Positions 24,561 to 37,113 of a stretch of DNA of 64,000 bases are shown here, one piece after another. Under the pieces are notes generated by a model. The model did no database searches and was not told the origin of the DNA. It saw only the letters and a program-made list of their open reading frames with translations. The DNA is from Okamejei kenojei. Taxonomy: Eukaryota. The stretch lies in NCBI GenBank assembly GCA_035221665.1, contig CM069134.1:25730001-25794000 (forward strand). The letters are read 5' to 3'. The translations under genes were made by a program, and so were the position numbers. Position 1 is the stretch's first letter. Every line of letters starts with the position of its first letter.

Positions 24561-26910
24561 AACCTTCTTAACATAGAGAGCAAGATCTTTTTCAGTGTGG
24601 TGGCAAAAAGACTTACAAAGTATCTGAAACAAAACCATTTCATTGATACGTCAATCCAAAAGGCTTCTCGGGATGCCTTGAACATACCAGCATCATATGG
24701 CATCAAACCCAGACTGCTAAGAAAGAACGAAATAATCTGCATGTCTTGTTCCTCGATCTGGCCAACGCCTATGGATCAGTTCCTCATTCGCTACTGTGGA
24801 CTGCTTTTGAATTCTTTCAGGTGCTGGCAATAATAACAAATCTGGTAAAAAACTACTTCCAGGATCTGCAATTTTGTCTCACAACATCAGACTTTACCAC
24901 AGCATGGCAACCACTGGAAGTCGGCATCATGGCGGGGTGCACCATCTCCCCATTGACCTTCACTATGTCAATGGAGCTCATTATCAAAGCATCAAAATGG
25001 GTTGTGGGAGGAAAGCGGTTACAGTGTGGTCAGCGATTGTCACCGGTACAAGCCTATATGGACGATATAACAACACTAACAACAACTATCCCCTGCACCA
25101 AGAGATTTCTGGAAAAAGGTCATCAAAACATCACATGGGCAAGGATGAAGATTAAACCCAGCAAGTGCAGAAGTAACTCCATTGTCAAAGGTGAAGTCAA
25201 GGATCAAAGATTTCATATTAACGGAATACCTGTTCCAACTGTTTCAGAAATGCCAGTGGAGAGGTTGGGCCGATGGTATGATGCAAAGCTCAAGGACACC
25301 GAGCAGTTTGAACAACTGAAAAAGGATACCATCATGCACATAGCTCGCATCAACAAGACCTTGCTACCAGGAAAACTCAAGCTGTGGTGCTTCCAATTTG
25401 GCATACTACCAAGAATCATGTGGCCTTTAACTATGTATGAAATCCCCATCAACAAAGTGGAGAAGCTGGAAAGAATGATCAGCACACATGTGAAACAGTG
25501 GCTTGGATTTCCACGATGCTTAAGTGCTGTATGAAAGTGGCAAATTGGAATTACCCATTACAGGGCTTGTGGAAGAGTTCAAATGCACTAAAGCAAGGTT
25601 GGTCAGACCCTCACTGAATCTGAAAATATTGTTATTCAAACAGCGGCTCCCCGTGTGGCAACGGGGAGGAAGTGGACCCCATCAGAGTGCTAAGACTGCT
25701 CTTCATTTCCGGAATATGGTTGGCCAAGTCCAACACGGGAGAGCTGGGCTCGGGCTCGTCCCAAAAGCTCCTCAATGGCACAAGGCAACATCAGTGCAGA
25801 AAAGACGGCTCGTGGTGGAGGAGGTGAGAAGACGGGAGGAGGCAGAGCGACACGCCAAGGCTGTCTCAATGGCCAAGCAAGGCCAATGGGCTAACTAGGA
25901 GAGCCTGGAAAAGAGGAAACTCAGCTGGCGTGAAATCTGGCAAATGGAAGGATCTCGGCTAAGTTTTGTCATCAGAGCCACTTATGATATTCTACCATCA
26001 ACGCAGAACCTGAAGCAGTGGTTCGGAGAAGACCCAACTTGCTCCCTTTGCCAAATGCCTGGATCACTAAGGCACATTTTAACAGGATGCACTATGAGCC
26101 TCGGCCAAGGGCGTTACACTTGGCGGCATAACCAAGTTCTCAGACAGCTGTCATCAATCCTTGAACAGAGGCGAACGATCACAAATGCTTCCCCACCAAC
26201 ATCGGCAGGAAATGTCCACTTCACAACGTTTGTACCAGCAGGCCAACCTCCAGAGCACCAAATAACATCAATGGATGCAAGCATTCTGCAGCCTGCTCGG
26301 GATTGGAAAATGGAAGTGGACTTAGAAAAAAGGCTTGTGTTTGTGGTTACAACACTCCGGCCAGACATGGTCCTGTGGTCCACAACAGCCACATTGGCAT
26401 ATGTTGTGGAATTGACAGTTCCATGGGAAGATGGTGTTGAAGAAGCTTATGAGAGGAAAAAGACCAAGTACTGGCAACTGAAGCCCAGAATGGCTGGAAG
26501 ACCACGATTTTCCCTGTCGAAGTGGGATGCAGGGGATTTGTTGCTACATCTATGACCAGGCTATTAAAGAAAATGGGGGTGAGGGGTCGCTCCCTCCAAC
26601 AAGCAATCAAATCATTATCAAATTCTGCAGAAAAAAGCAGCAATTGGATTTGGATCAAAAGGAGTGACAACAATTGGGCTGCAAATTGAATACAGGAGGG
26701 TATGGAAATGAAGGGGGTGTTACTGGGACACCAGGTATCACCGTTGAGCCCTCTGGAGATGTTGTGAGCTTATCAATGAAACGTCAAATAAGGAGGATGC
26801 CCACCTGATGACCCGATGACGTACCTACCCTACCTTTCACCACTCCAATCCCACTGCAAATAGCAAGAGTGCCGACCTATTACAGGGATTGAAACATCAA
26901 GTCCTATTAG
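24561..26910 (+). mobile_element. HERO-type (R2-group, restriction-like endonuclease) non-LTR retrotransposon, 5'-truncated and frameshifted
   Basis: RT motifs FLDLANAYGSVPH, GIMAGCTISPL, AYMDD; CCHC knuckle CSLC...LRHILTGC; RHNQVL; RLE motifs RPDMVLWS...VELTVPWED...KKTKY; ~220-nt 3' UTR. Confidence 0.85.
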
Positions 26911-27777
26911 CTCTACTGTACCGAAACAGAGCAATGACATTTTTACTGGGAGCAGCACAACAGATGTGCAACCATGTGCAACTTGCAACTATTTGCACAG
27001 AGAAGTTTGCAAAGAAAAGCATGTCTAATGTTTTTAATGTTAGCTTTTTTTCACCCGCAATATATCACAATTACACAATTATGTGAGGGTGGAAGGGAAA
27101 TAACTTATGCACCAGTGTAGCTTATATACCAGATACCCCCCATCCTTTTTTTCCAGAGATGCGGCCTGACCCGCTGAGTGACTCCAGCACTTTGTGTCTA
27201 TTTTTGGTATAAACCACCATCTGCAATTCTTTCCTTCTCCATTTTTTACATACCAGATTGTATGATGCCCATTTACCTATAAAGAACAAACAGCACCAAG
27301 TCCGACAGCATCCTATCTATATACACTGTAAATGGCTCGATTGTAATCATGTATTGCCTTTCCACTGACTGACAAAAGCTTTTCACTGTACCTTGGTACA
27401 CCTGACAATAAACTAAACTGAACTGAAGTCTGTATCCTTAATGCTTTTCTCCTGCTTGTGATTATGTGCTATTTTAATTTTAACTCCCCTCAAATTATCG
27501 TTGGAAATCCTGTAAATGTATAAACTAAATAATTGGCAGGCTAGTGGAAGTTTATGTTTCTCAGCATTGTTTCAAAACATTGCTATGAGTTTTGGTTCCC
27601 AATTCCTTCCAAGTTTATATCAGGGGATAGAATTTATTTCAAATATAAACCTAATGTTACATAAAATATGTTATAAAATGCCACCAGGAAGCAAATGACG
27701 TAAAATAAACACAAAATAATTATTGTACATTTATGTACTTTCTACTTTACTTCTCATCCAACTGCTTATGGTTTCTA

Positions 27778-27985
27778 AGGTAGACAAAATTGCTGGAGAA
27801 ACTCAGAGGGTGCAGCAGCATCTATGGAGGGAAGGAAATAGGCTATGTTTCGGGCCAAAACCCTTCTTCAGACTGATGCAGGGTGGGGGGGGCGGGAAGA
27901 AGAAAGGAAGAGGAGGAGCCAGAGGGCTGAGGGAGAGCCGAGAAGGGCAGGAGACAGCAAGGGCTACCAGAAATTGGAGAATTCA
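27778..27985 (-). mobile_element. PLE 3' end (last GIY-YIG codons, purine-rich spacer, degenerate hammerhead)
   Basis: Closely similar to the copy at ~60985-61200; agaaattggagaattca encodes EFSNF on the minus strand. Confidence 0.75.
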
Positions 27986-28769
27986 CTGCTTATGGTTTCT
28001 TTTGTCTACATATTGATACCCAGCCTTGATGATGCTGGTCCTGTTTGTCTGACCCTTTCATTTACAATTAACATTTATTTTCACGAACTCCTTCACTAAA
28101 TCACAGCTCGATTTTCTTTCCAGCTATTTCCCATTTGCGCACAGCTAGTAAATCATTCTTGCAAATTGAGAGCAATATCAAGTATTTACCAACTGATCTG
28201 AATCATCGTGGTATTGGCCAATCCTTATCAAATCATTTATCCAAATATAAGTTATTACTGTTCAAGAGTTAGAAAATGAATTGTCTGCAGTTGAGGGGAA
28301 CTAAACATAGCACAAACCGACCAAAAGCTACTCCATAATTTTTCTTATAGCGTGGATCACTTGACAATGCTGAGTTTAGCACAAAATCAGAATCTGGCAA
28401 AATTAAAAGGGCATCTTATAGAGTGATTATTAAGTTGAGGTCAGAGAGAAAAATGTATGGGAGTTTGAGCAGGAATATCATTTACCTTTTAGATTCATAA
28501 ATAACAAGGTTAACAGTTTCTCAATTAAGAAATGGTGGTAACCTGAGGTAGAAGAGGGCTCTGGGTCAAATGTACATTGTGGTTGATTATGCTGATTCTC
28601 GTTCAAATCTTGGTGATCTGAAATGGTAGACTTTATTAACTTGCAATAGCAGATCAGAAATAATTTTCCTTTAAAAGGCTGTATGTATGTATTCTTGCAA
28701 AGAGGGAATTGATAACTGCAAGTCCTCTTCCTCCCAGTTTGTCAGGGAGATCCTGCAATGTACTTTGTG

Positions 28770-28915
28770 CCGAAGATAAACACAACAGGCTGGAGTAACT
28801 CAGCAGGACAGGCAACATCTCTGGAGAGAAGAAATGGGTGGCGTTTTAGGTCGAGACCCTTCTTCAGAGTCTGAAGCATTTTATGTCTATCTTCAGTGTA
28901 AACCAGCATCCTTCC
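28770..28915. mobile_element. PLE-derived fold-back
   Basis: ccgaagataaacac...gctggagtaactcagc arm and reverse gcattttatgtctatcttcagtgtaaaccagcatc. Confidence 0.65.
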
Positions 28916-28954
28916 CACACTGTACTTCATGCCACTTGCTGCTCATCGGCATAT

Positions 28955-29745
28955 ATCCAGTTGAGTTTTTGTTTTTCGGAGCTCTAGTCTTTTTTATGTG
29001 GGGGGTGGGGGGGGGGGGAAGGGGGAACCTACTTTTCAGGGTCCCTACCTGGCCGGAGAGGCAGCTTTTCTCCAGGCTGCACCTTCGACCCGTCCTCGCG
29101 GCCTACCAGCGGGCCTGGAGCGGCGTTTCCTGAGGGGACCGCCCAGAACCTCGGCTTCGGCGGCGGCGCAGCACTGGGGCGCTAACACGGAGCGGAGCGG
29201 GTGATGCCTTGCCTGGGTCGCCGCGCTGGAGCTCCGGAATGCTGAGCCCGCAGGTGAACATCGCGGAGCTACGGGACTGTGGAGCGGCCAGCCGCGGGCG
29301 GCGGCGCTGAACTTTGGCATCGGGAGCCTCGGATCTCTTGGCGAGATCGCCAGTGGTGGAGCTCCATCCGGCGTGGCCTGTCGGCTTCGGAAGCCGCGGT
29401 CTCGAGTAAGGAAGCGGCTGCTCCAGGTGTCCCAAGCCGCTGTGAGGATTCTCCCGACGCCGGAGCACCACCATCGGAGAACGGCCTGTAACATCGGGCT
29501 GCCGTAGCGGCGACTGCGAAAGGCCTCAATAGGCCCGACTATGGGTGGACAAGGGGATGGGGACTGGACTTTGTGCCTTCCCTCACAGTGGGAACCATTG
29601 TGGGGGAATGTTTTTATGTTTATTGTTAAATTCTTTAGTATTGTGTCTTATCTTTATTTGTGTGCTGCATGGCAAGTCAAATTTCACTACACCAATTGGT
29701 GTATGTGACAATAAATGTCCTTGTCCTTTGTCCTTTGTCCTTTGA
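28955..29745 (+). mobile_element. GC/CpG-rich non-autonomous retroposon-like repeat with Rex-like tail
   Basis: Abrupt CpG-rich block ending aatttcactacaccaattggtgtatgtgacaataaa plus (tgtcctt)n; overlapping ORFs have no recognisable motifs. Confidence 0.55.
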
Positions 29746-30319
29746 ACGGAAACCTCTGGAGACTTTGCGCCCCACCCAAGGTTTCCGTGCGGTTCCCGGA
29801 GGTTTATGTCAGTCTTATGCTCCCTGTCCCGCTGAGTTACTCCAGCTTTTTGTGTCTACCTTCATCATAAATGATAGGACCTGTCTTTGCTTATCAAGGT
29901 TTGTCGCCTTAAGATGTTTAGGACTTATTTTCACTCTTAGCCACAGTTATAAAACATAGAACAGGACTACACAAGGACAAACAGTGATGCCTGTGCCGAA
30001 CATGATGCCAAATTGAACTAATCCTATCTGCCTGCACATAGTCAATATCCCTCCATTCCCTGTCGCTTCATCTGCATGTCTAAATGCCTCTTCAGCATTG
30101 CTATCATACCAGCTTCCAGTCTAAATGTCTTTTAAACTATTATATCTGTTTCCACTTTGTGTCATAAATCTCCTTGAAACTTTCTCTCTCACCTTAAATA
30201 AATGCCTTCTGGTATTTGACATTTCCACCCTGATGAAAAATACATGATTTGCCACCCAATCAGGATCATGTTTATTGGTCACTCTGTGAGCTTCTTGTGA
30301 AGAAGGAATTTGATTACAC

Positions 30320-30518
30320 CCTTGAGGGGAGAACTGATAGAAGTATATAAAATTGTGAGAGGCATAGACAGAGTAGACCTTCACAACTTTTTTTCCAGGG
30401 TGGAAATGTCAAAGACTAGAGGCCATAGCTTTAAGTTAAGAGGAACAACACTTAAAAGAGATGTGCAGGGCAGGTGTTTTGTCCAGAGAGTGGTGGGTGC
30501 CAGGAACGCGCTGCCAGT
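30320..30518 (+). mobile_element. CR1 C-terminal fragment
   Basis: LRGELIEVYKIVRGIDRVD...SKTRGHSFKLRG...QRVVGARNALP. Confidence 0.85.
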
Positions 30519-32065
30519 TACCCCTCTGATTCTTATTAAATATTTTCCCCTTCACCTTGAACCTATGTCCTCTGGTCCTCGATTCACCTACTCTGGAATA
30601 GACTCTGTGCATTTACCCGATATATTCCTCTCATGATTTTGTACACCTTTATAAGATCACCCCTCATCCTCTGCGCACCATGCAATAGAGACCCAGCCTA
30701 CTCAACCTCTCCCTATTGCTCACACCCTCTAGTCCTGGCAACATCCTTGTAAATCTTTTCTGCACCCATTCAAGCTTGACAATATCTTTCCTATAACTCG
30801 GTGCCCAGAACTGAACACAATATCCTAAATGCGGTTTCATCAACGTCTTATACAACTGCAACATGACCTCACAACTTCTATACTCAATATTCTGACTGAT
30901 GAAGGCCAAAGTGCCAAAAGCCTTCTTGACCACCTCATCCACCTGTGACTCGACCTTCAAGGAACCATTCACCTGTCCTCCTACATGTCTCTGCTCTACA
31001 ACACCACCCAAAGGCCTACTATTTATTGTGTAGGTCCAGCCCTTGTCCGACGTCCCAAAGTACAACACCTCACACTTCTCTGTATTAAATTCCATCGACC
31101 ATTCATCAGCCCACGTGGCCAATCGATCCAGATCCTGCTGCAATCTTTCACAACTATCTTCACTGTCTGCAAAACCACTCACTTTTGTAACATCAGCAAA
31201 CCCTGCATTTTCTCATCTAAATCATTGATGTAGATGACAAACAGTAACGGACCCAGCACCGAACCCTGAGGTTATAACCATTCAGCTATATTTCCTTTGA
31301 TCCCATGCGATCTAACCTTCCAGAGCAGCCTACCATGCAGAACCTTATCGAATGCCTTACTGAAATCCATATATACAACATCTGCAGCTCTGCCCTCATC
31401 AACCATTTTGGTCACGTCTTCAAAAAAATCAATCAGATTTGTGAGACGTGACCTCTCACGTACAAAACCATGCTGACTATCCCTAATCAGCCCTTGCCCA
31501 TCCAAATGCCTGTATAACTTATCCCTCAGAATACTTTCTAGTAACTTTCCAGCTACAGACGTTAAGCTCACCGGCCATAGTTCCCAGCATTTTTCCTGCA
31601 GCCCTTCTTGAAAAGAGGCACAACATTTGCCACCCTCCAGTCTTCCGGTACCTCTCCTGTATTTAAAGATGACTCGTAAATTTCAACCAGGGCTCCCGCA
31701 ATGTCCTCGGATATATCTGATCAGGCCCTGGAGATTTGTCTACCTTCACACAAGACAGCACCTTCAGTACTTCTTCGACGGTAACACTGACTGCTCTCAA
31801 GAAACTTCCATTTACTGCCCCATGTTCCTCCGTCCTACTGTCTTTCTCCTCGGTAAATACAGAGGAGAAATACTCATTGAGGGACCTCGCCCATCTCCTG
31901 TGGCTCCACACAGAGGTGACCGCTTTGATTCCTGAGAGGTCCCACTCCCTCTCTAGTTACTCTTTTCCCCCTTATGTATTTATAATATATGTTTGGATCG
32001 CCCGTAATGCTACCTGCCAGAGCTGTGTCTTGGCCCCTTGGTGCCCTTCTGATCTCCTTTTTCAG
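30519..32065 (-). mobile_element. CR1 LINE ORF2 fragment (linker plus RT), with deletions
   Basis: LNEYFSSVFT, DKSPGPD, SLTSVAGKLLE, YMDFSKAFDKV, LYKTLMKPHLGYCVQFWAP. Confidence 0.92.
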
Positions 32066-32071
32066 TTTAGT

Positions 32072-32188
32072 CCTGGTCACAATGAGAACGTACGAACTCC
32101 GTACAGACAGTGCCCGCAGTCAGGATCAAACCTGGGTGTCTGGCGCAGTAGGGCACCAACTCTACCGCTGCGCCACCGTGCCGCCCCA
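32072..32188 (-). mobile_element. HE1-type SINE 5' part
   Basis: Reverse ggggcggcacggtggcgcagcggtagagttg tRNA-like head. Confidence 0.75.
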
Positions 32189-33789
32189 AATGTTTCACAT
32201 TGACTTGTACTTGTCATTCATGTCTCATCTGAAAGAGTGCTCCCCTGAGGTGCAGCCTACTCACACAATCTTCACTGAAATGTTCATCTGTCCTTTTATT
32301 TTTTGCAACCTACTGGAATACTGGGTAACCTTTTGATGAGACATGAGGTTGCTGTGTCTGAGTCATGGTAACTCAGTTGAAGACGAGTCCATGGGAAAAG
32401 GGCACATTTGCTTTGATGTCCTCGTTTCCTGGCAGGCTGTAGGATTTTACCGGTCAACAGGCCAAATTAATTGGCAAGCTTGGCACCCAGTCAGCTGAAT
32501 GAGCTTGAAGGCCTGGAGCAGTTATAGATCACCACCGGCAATTTCAAGTGGGTGTGTGTGGAAGTGGGGTTATTTTAATTGAACTTAAACATTAGTGTTG
32601 AATCTAAGTGAGGGTCTGATTCATGAGTCAGATTCTGACAGAGAATGGAGGACAGACTGTGGAAGGGATTCATTCCAATGTTCGACTAGCTGGACGGGGA
32701 GGAGAATAGAGCAAGTGTCGGATAGTAGAGAAAGTAAAGTAGCTGGACTTACTGTATGTAGGCTTGTAGACAGTCAGTGAAGGCATTTAACTTTGCAGGA
32801 GCTACTCCTCTGCTTTTTTTATTCACTGGTCTCGGGAATCCAGCTGGCCAATGTCAAACTTAAAAGATATTAAATCTAAGGCATATCTCTGTCATAATAT
32901 AATATATGCTCTGACCACCCCAGTTCCAGCAGCCTCCCTTACTGAGAATGGATGGGCAGCCCATCCCCCTCTGCAACCCTTTCTCCAAACTGGAAGGGTT
33001 TAAGATTTTTAAACATTCACATTCTTCAATTTTTCTTATGGTTTTAATTACTCTTCCCTTCCCCACATCCTTGCATTTCCTCCCCTCTCTCCCCCTGCCA
33101 CATATTTCATTTTCATCTTGATTACCTCAAATATTTACTAAATAATAATATCAGAAGCAGATGATTTTTATGATAAAATTTTACAGTCGCCTATAATTGT
33201 ATAATCACATACAAAATCTGTATCCTGCAAAAGTCATGACTGATTTTTGCATTGAGATTTTGGATGTAGAGGGCTCTAATATTGTTTTGAAGATATATAT
33301 GTTCATTTTTTTAAATTTTAGTTACTCAACTTTATTATTAATGAAAATATTTAAAATATATTTGTACAAAATACTTGGTTTCATCTACTTTTCCTGTTTA
33401 GTCTCTCTACGCTATTCTTGGCTTAGTTGCTATCTAGCCGAAATGTGCCTGATGAACAATAAATTAACTGATCTTTTATTTCATTACTGTTCATGTAATA
33501 TTCCCTAGTTACTGCTCATATTTACCCATTCTGTTTCAATTTCCCTTCATCTTCTTTTGTACTTTTTCCACTTATTAAATCTAAATTGAATGTTGACCAA
33601 CATTCTCCCTGTTATTTTGAAGTTAATTCCAACACTTCATAGCCTCATAACTTTGAATTTAGAAATTTCTACTGTTTCCAGTTTTAAAGGGCTAACATTT
33701 AATCTCCTAACTATTCATGGGAGAAATTGTGTGTTTTATTACTCTATCCATACTTATTTTAAACTTTATGTAAGTTATTACAGCCGCAT

Positions 33790-34270
33790 CTGATAGATAA
33801 TTAAAACCTCCTGTTTCGTTCCACAAGTCCGCTGCCAACATACAGCTGTGCATCACCAACTTCTATCTTAGCCTCTCCATTGTCAATGCATTGGCAAACA
33901 GATTGAACTCCAGCGGCATCTTGAGCAGAAATTTCCTCCAGTTAGAAGACTGAAGCTGGTAAAAAAAAAAACATTCCCCTAGACATTCACTCACTCCATC
34001 TCTGTGACGATTGTTTGAGTCTATACCAGACCATTAATGTAGTGTTTGAAATTGAGGTGAACCTTTCAGTGCCTGAGCACCTGCAGGTACATCTGTGTCC
34101 ATAACACTTGCTGGAGAAATTCTCATGCAAGCCGTTGTCTCTAGAGTTGGCTATCCCAATGCTCTTCTGATGGGTTTCCCATCAGCCAACATCCTGGAAG
34201 CTTGAATTCATATAATACTGTGGTGCGTCCATTCTAACTCACCAATTCCCATTCATCCATCATCTATGTT
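33790..34270 (+). mobile_element. Old L2-clade LINE fragment
   Basis: gaaattctcatgcaagccgttgtctctagagttggctatcccaatgctcttctg resembles the L2 motif EILIHAFVTSRLDYSNALL. Confidence 0.5.
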
Positions 34271-34438
34271 GGCTCACAGCCTGCCCATTCCACAGAATAA
34301 CTGTTTTCCAGCTCAGCTAACCTTGCAGATGATGGAGCTGTCCAACACAGACTAGTCAAATGACAGCTGACAATGTAACTTAAAATGTGTCATGCTCCTC
34401 CATCATAGGTTATTGAATAGACCTACTGATATTGCTGG

Positions 34439-34690
34439 AGATAGACTCAAAATGCTGGAGTAACTCAGTGGGCAGGCAGCATCTCTGGATAGAAGGAATG
34501 GGTGACGTTTCAGGTCAAGACTGAAGAAGGGTCTCCTCTGCTTCCATGTGGTCCATATCTCTCCATTTAGAAGCAGGGTCTCGGTGAAACTTCACCAATT
34601 CCTTCTCTCCAGAGATGCTGCCGGCCTGCTGAGTTACTCCAGCATTTTGTGTCTATCTTCGGTGTAAACCAGCATCTGCAGTTCCTTCCT
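34439..34690. mobile_element. PLE-derived fold-back with ~73-nt arms
   Basis: 34439-34512 is largely the reverse complement of 34585-34658. Confidence 0.8.
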
Positions 34691-34782
34691 AATGATGTTG
34701 CTGGAGTGGATGTGACAGCTTGCACTGGTGGGAAAGGGTAGCCTTGGGTGCCCTCAACATTGACTTCAGACCGTATCACGTA

Positions 34783-35010
34783 TAGTTTAGTTTAGAGATA
34801 CAGCGCAGAAACAGGCCCTTCGGTCCACTGAATCCGTGCCGACCAGCGATCCCCTTACACTAGCACTATTCTATGCACAGGACAATTTACAATTTTTTAT
34901 CAAAGCCAATTAACCTACGAAACAGCATGTCTTTGGAGTGTGGGAGGAAACCGGAGCATCTTGGTCCGCGTGGGAACGTTGGGCTGAAGGGCCTGTTACC
35001 ATGCTGTATG
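34783..35010 (-). mobile_element. HE1-type SINE 3' part plus short inverted CR1-type tail
   Basis: tttagtttagagatacagcgcagaaacaggcccttcgg. Confidence 0.7.
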
Positions 35011-35976
35011 ACTCTAATTCTAACACCTGCAGAGAACAATCCACAAAAAGCACTGTGGTTACTTACTCAGATCCTTTTCAATTTATAATTTCTACCACAA
35101 AGAAAGGGAAGGACCAGATGCATGCAAATCACCTTCTAATTTCCATACTGTATTGCTGAGTATATTTTGTCTTGGAGCATAAAAACTGTGCTTTAATATA
35201 ACCTAAATAATGAACAATGACTCCAAATGATGCAACAGGATTACTCATCGGCACTTCTTCTCAACAGCATGGATTTGTGTACCAAATTTAATGAAGAAAA
35301 ACACAAATCATAGTGCATAGTTGCAAACTAAGGAAGGTTATAATAAAAATCTAACCTCATTTTTACTCAGTAAATGGTTTCAAAGGACACGGATTGGCAA
35401 TTCTGGAACTTGGGGACCATGTGATTGAGCATATGGGCAGTAATGATGAAATGAAGAAAGGGGCATTGATTAAGAACTTAAAATTAAGGAATTAAGAGGG
35501 TTCATAGCAATGCTGGAGGTCGTGAAACTTAAAATGTAAATAAAAGTATGGGAATTTTTAAACTGTTAACTTGGCCAACATTGAGAATTCTAGTGTGGAG
35601 CTGCCAAATCTAATCAAATTGGGGTTTTTTTAACCTATACTTTCAAAAGATTTATAATTTGAGGAATAATTCGTAAACGTTTCTTAGCACTTTCAAAACT
35701 ATCCTACTTTATAAAGCTGTTGAATACTTGACACATGTATGCATGTAAAATTTGTCCTCTGCAATAGATCCACTTGATCAACAGTTTAGATATCGTCAGA
35801 ACTAAAAGTTCTATAATTTATTTTTGGTATTTGACTTCCAACTAATATCTTTTTTTTTGTCCTGTAAGTTATTTCTTACTACTTAATGTTGGGACTTCAA
35901 TGTTTAAGGATGTGTAAAAAGTGAACATTTTTGTTTTATTACTTAATCTATTTCACTATTTCATCAATCAGAGATG

Positions 35977-36830
35977 CAGTAAACCATCGTTTTGATGGAC
36001 CCCTTTATAATGGATTTTGGATATAGAGGTCGGACTTACTGACCCACCCCTGTTTGTATCATCTCCCCAGCCGCTTAGAGCCCCGGCTTCCTAAACCAAC
36101 CTCGACTCGCGAAGTGTACCATTGAGCCCTACTTCACCCACCGCATGGTCCGTCAACATGGCTGTTGTTGCGGCTCACATTGTAGCTCTTGAGGACAGGG
36201 CTTTCTTCAGGCAGCCGCCAGCGACAGGACACCCTTGGTCACCGTGGCGCTCCCTTCCCTCCCATCTGCAGATGCTTCCTGCCTGCCATTGCTTTGTCTG
36301 CTCTATGCTCGACTGTCACCACTTCTTCCTTCTCCGTCGCTCTGTCTAATCAACCTCTTATCCCCTCCCTCCACCATCGCCTCCTCCTCCCTCTCCCCTA
36401 GAGTCGCCGACATACTCCACCTTAAAAGCAGCAACAGGTGAGAGGGGAGGAAGCGCTGCCCCCATGGGCTACTATGTTAGCTGCAACAACAGCCATGTCT
36501 CCAGACCATACTGATGGTGAAGAAGAGCTCGCTGGTGGCATTGGCACTAGTTGAAGGGTGAAACGACACAAAATGCTGGAGTAACTCAGTAGACTGAATC
36601 AGTCCGAAGAAGGGGCCCGGCAATCCCTATTCATGTTCTCCAGAGATGCTGCCTGGCCCGCTGAGTTACTCCAGCACTTGGTGTCCTTTTGTGTATTAAC
36701 ATCGTCTGCAGTTTCAACTACATACAATGATAGTACTTTACTCGGTTATAGCGGATAATCGGCAATATTGAACGCCATTCTCCCCCTCCCCTGCCCTCCC
36801 TGCATGGTCCATTATAATGAGGGATTACTC
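35977..36830. mobile_element. pogo/Tigger-like non-autonomous DNA element containing a PLE fold-back (~36565-36720)
   Basis: TIRs CAGTAAACCATCGTTTTGATGGACC and GGTCCATTATAATGAGGGATTACTC; flanks tg and ta; sub-terminal ggttatagcggataatcgg. Confidence 0.6.
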
Positions 36831-37113
36831 TATTTCGAACTGGTTGACTGTTATATTTACTAGAATAGATGTTGATATTTTACACAAGACACATTATTCT
36901 CTGAGATTTGTGATTCACAGCAACAGAACATGCCAGTGCCACATTCATGTGTAGGGAGGAACTGCAGATGCTGGTTTAAACCGAAGATAGACACAAAAAG
37001 CTGGAGCAACTCAGCAGGTCAGACAGCATCTCTGGAGCAAAGGAATAGGTGACGTTTCGGGTCGAGACCCTTCTTCAGGCGGAAAGTCAGGGAAGAGGGA
37101 AACGAGAGATATA

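Noticed and set aside
26753-26820. Hammerhead-like words in the HERO 3' UTR (CTGGAGA...GAAACGTC...CTGATGA)
   Set aside because: Core A6 is G in the first arrangement and no stem I forms in either permutation; a simple gatgtt/aacgtc hairpin explains it. Worth revisiting only with a family consensus.
29045-29529. Several overlapping 70-149 aa ORFs
   Set aside because: Explained by stop-codon scarcity in GC-rich repeat DNA; low-complexity Ala/Arg/Pro translations with no motifs.
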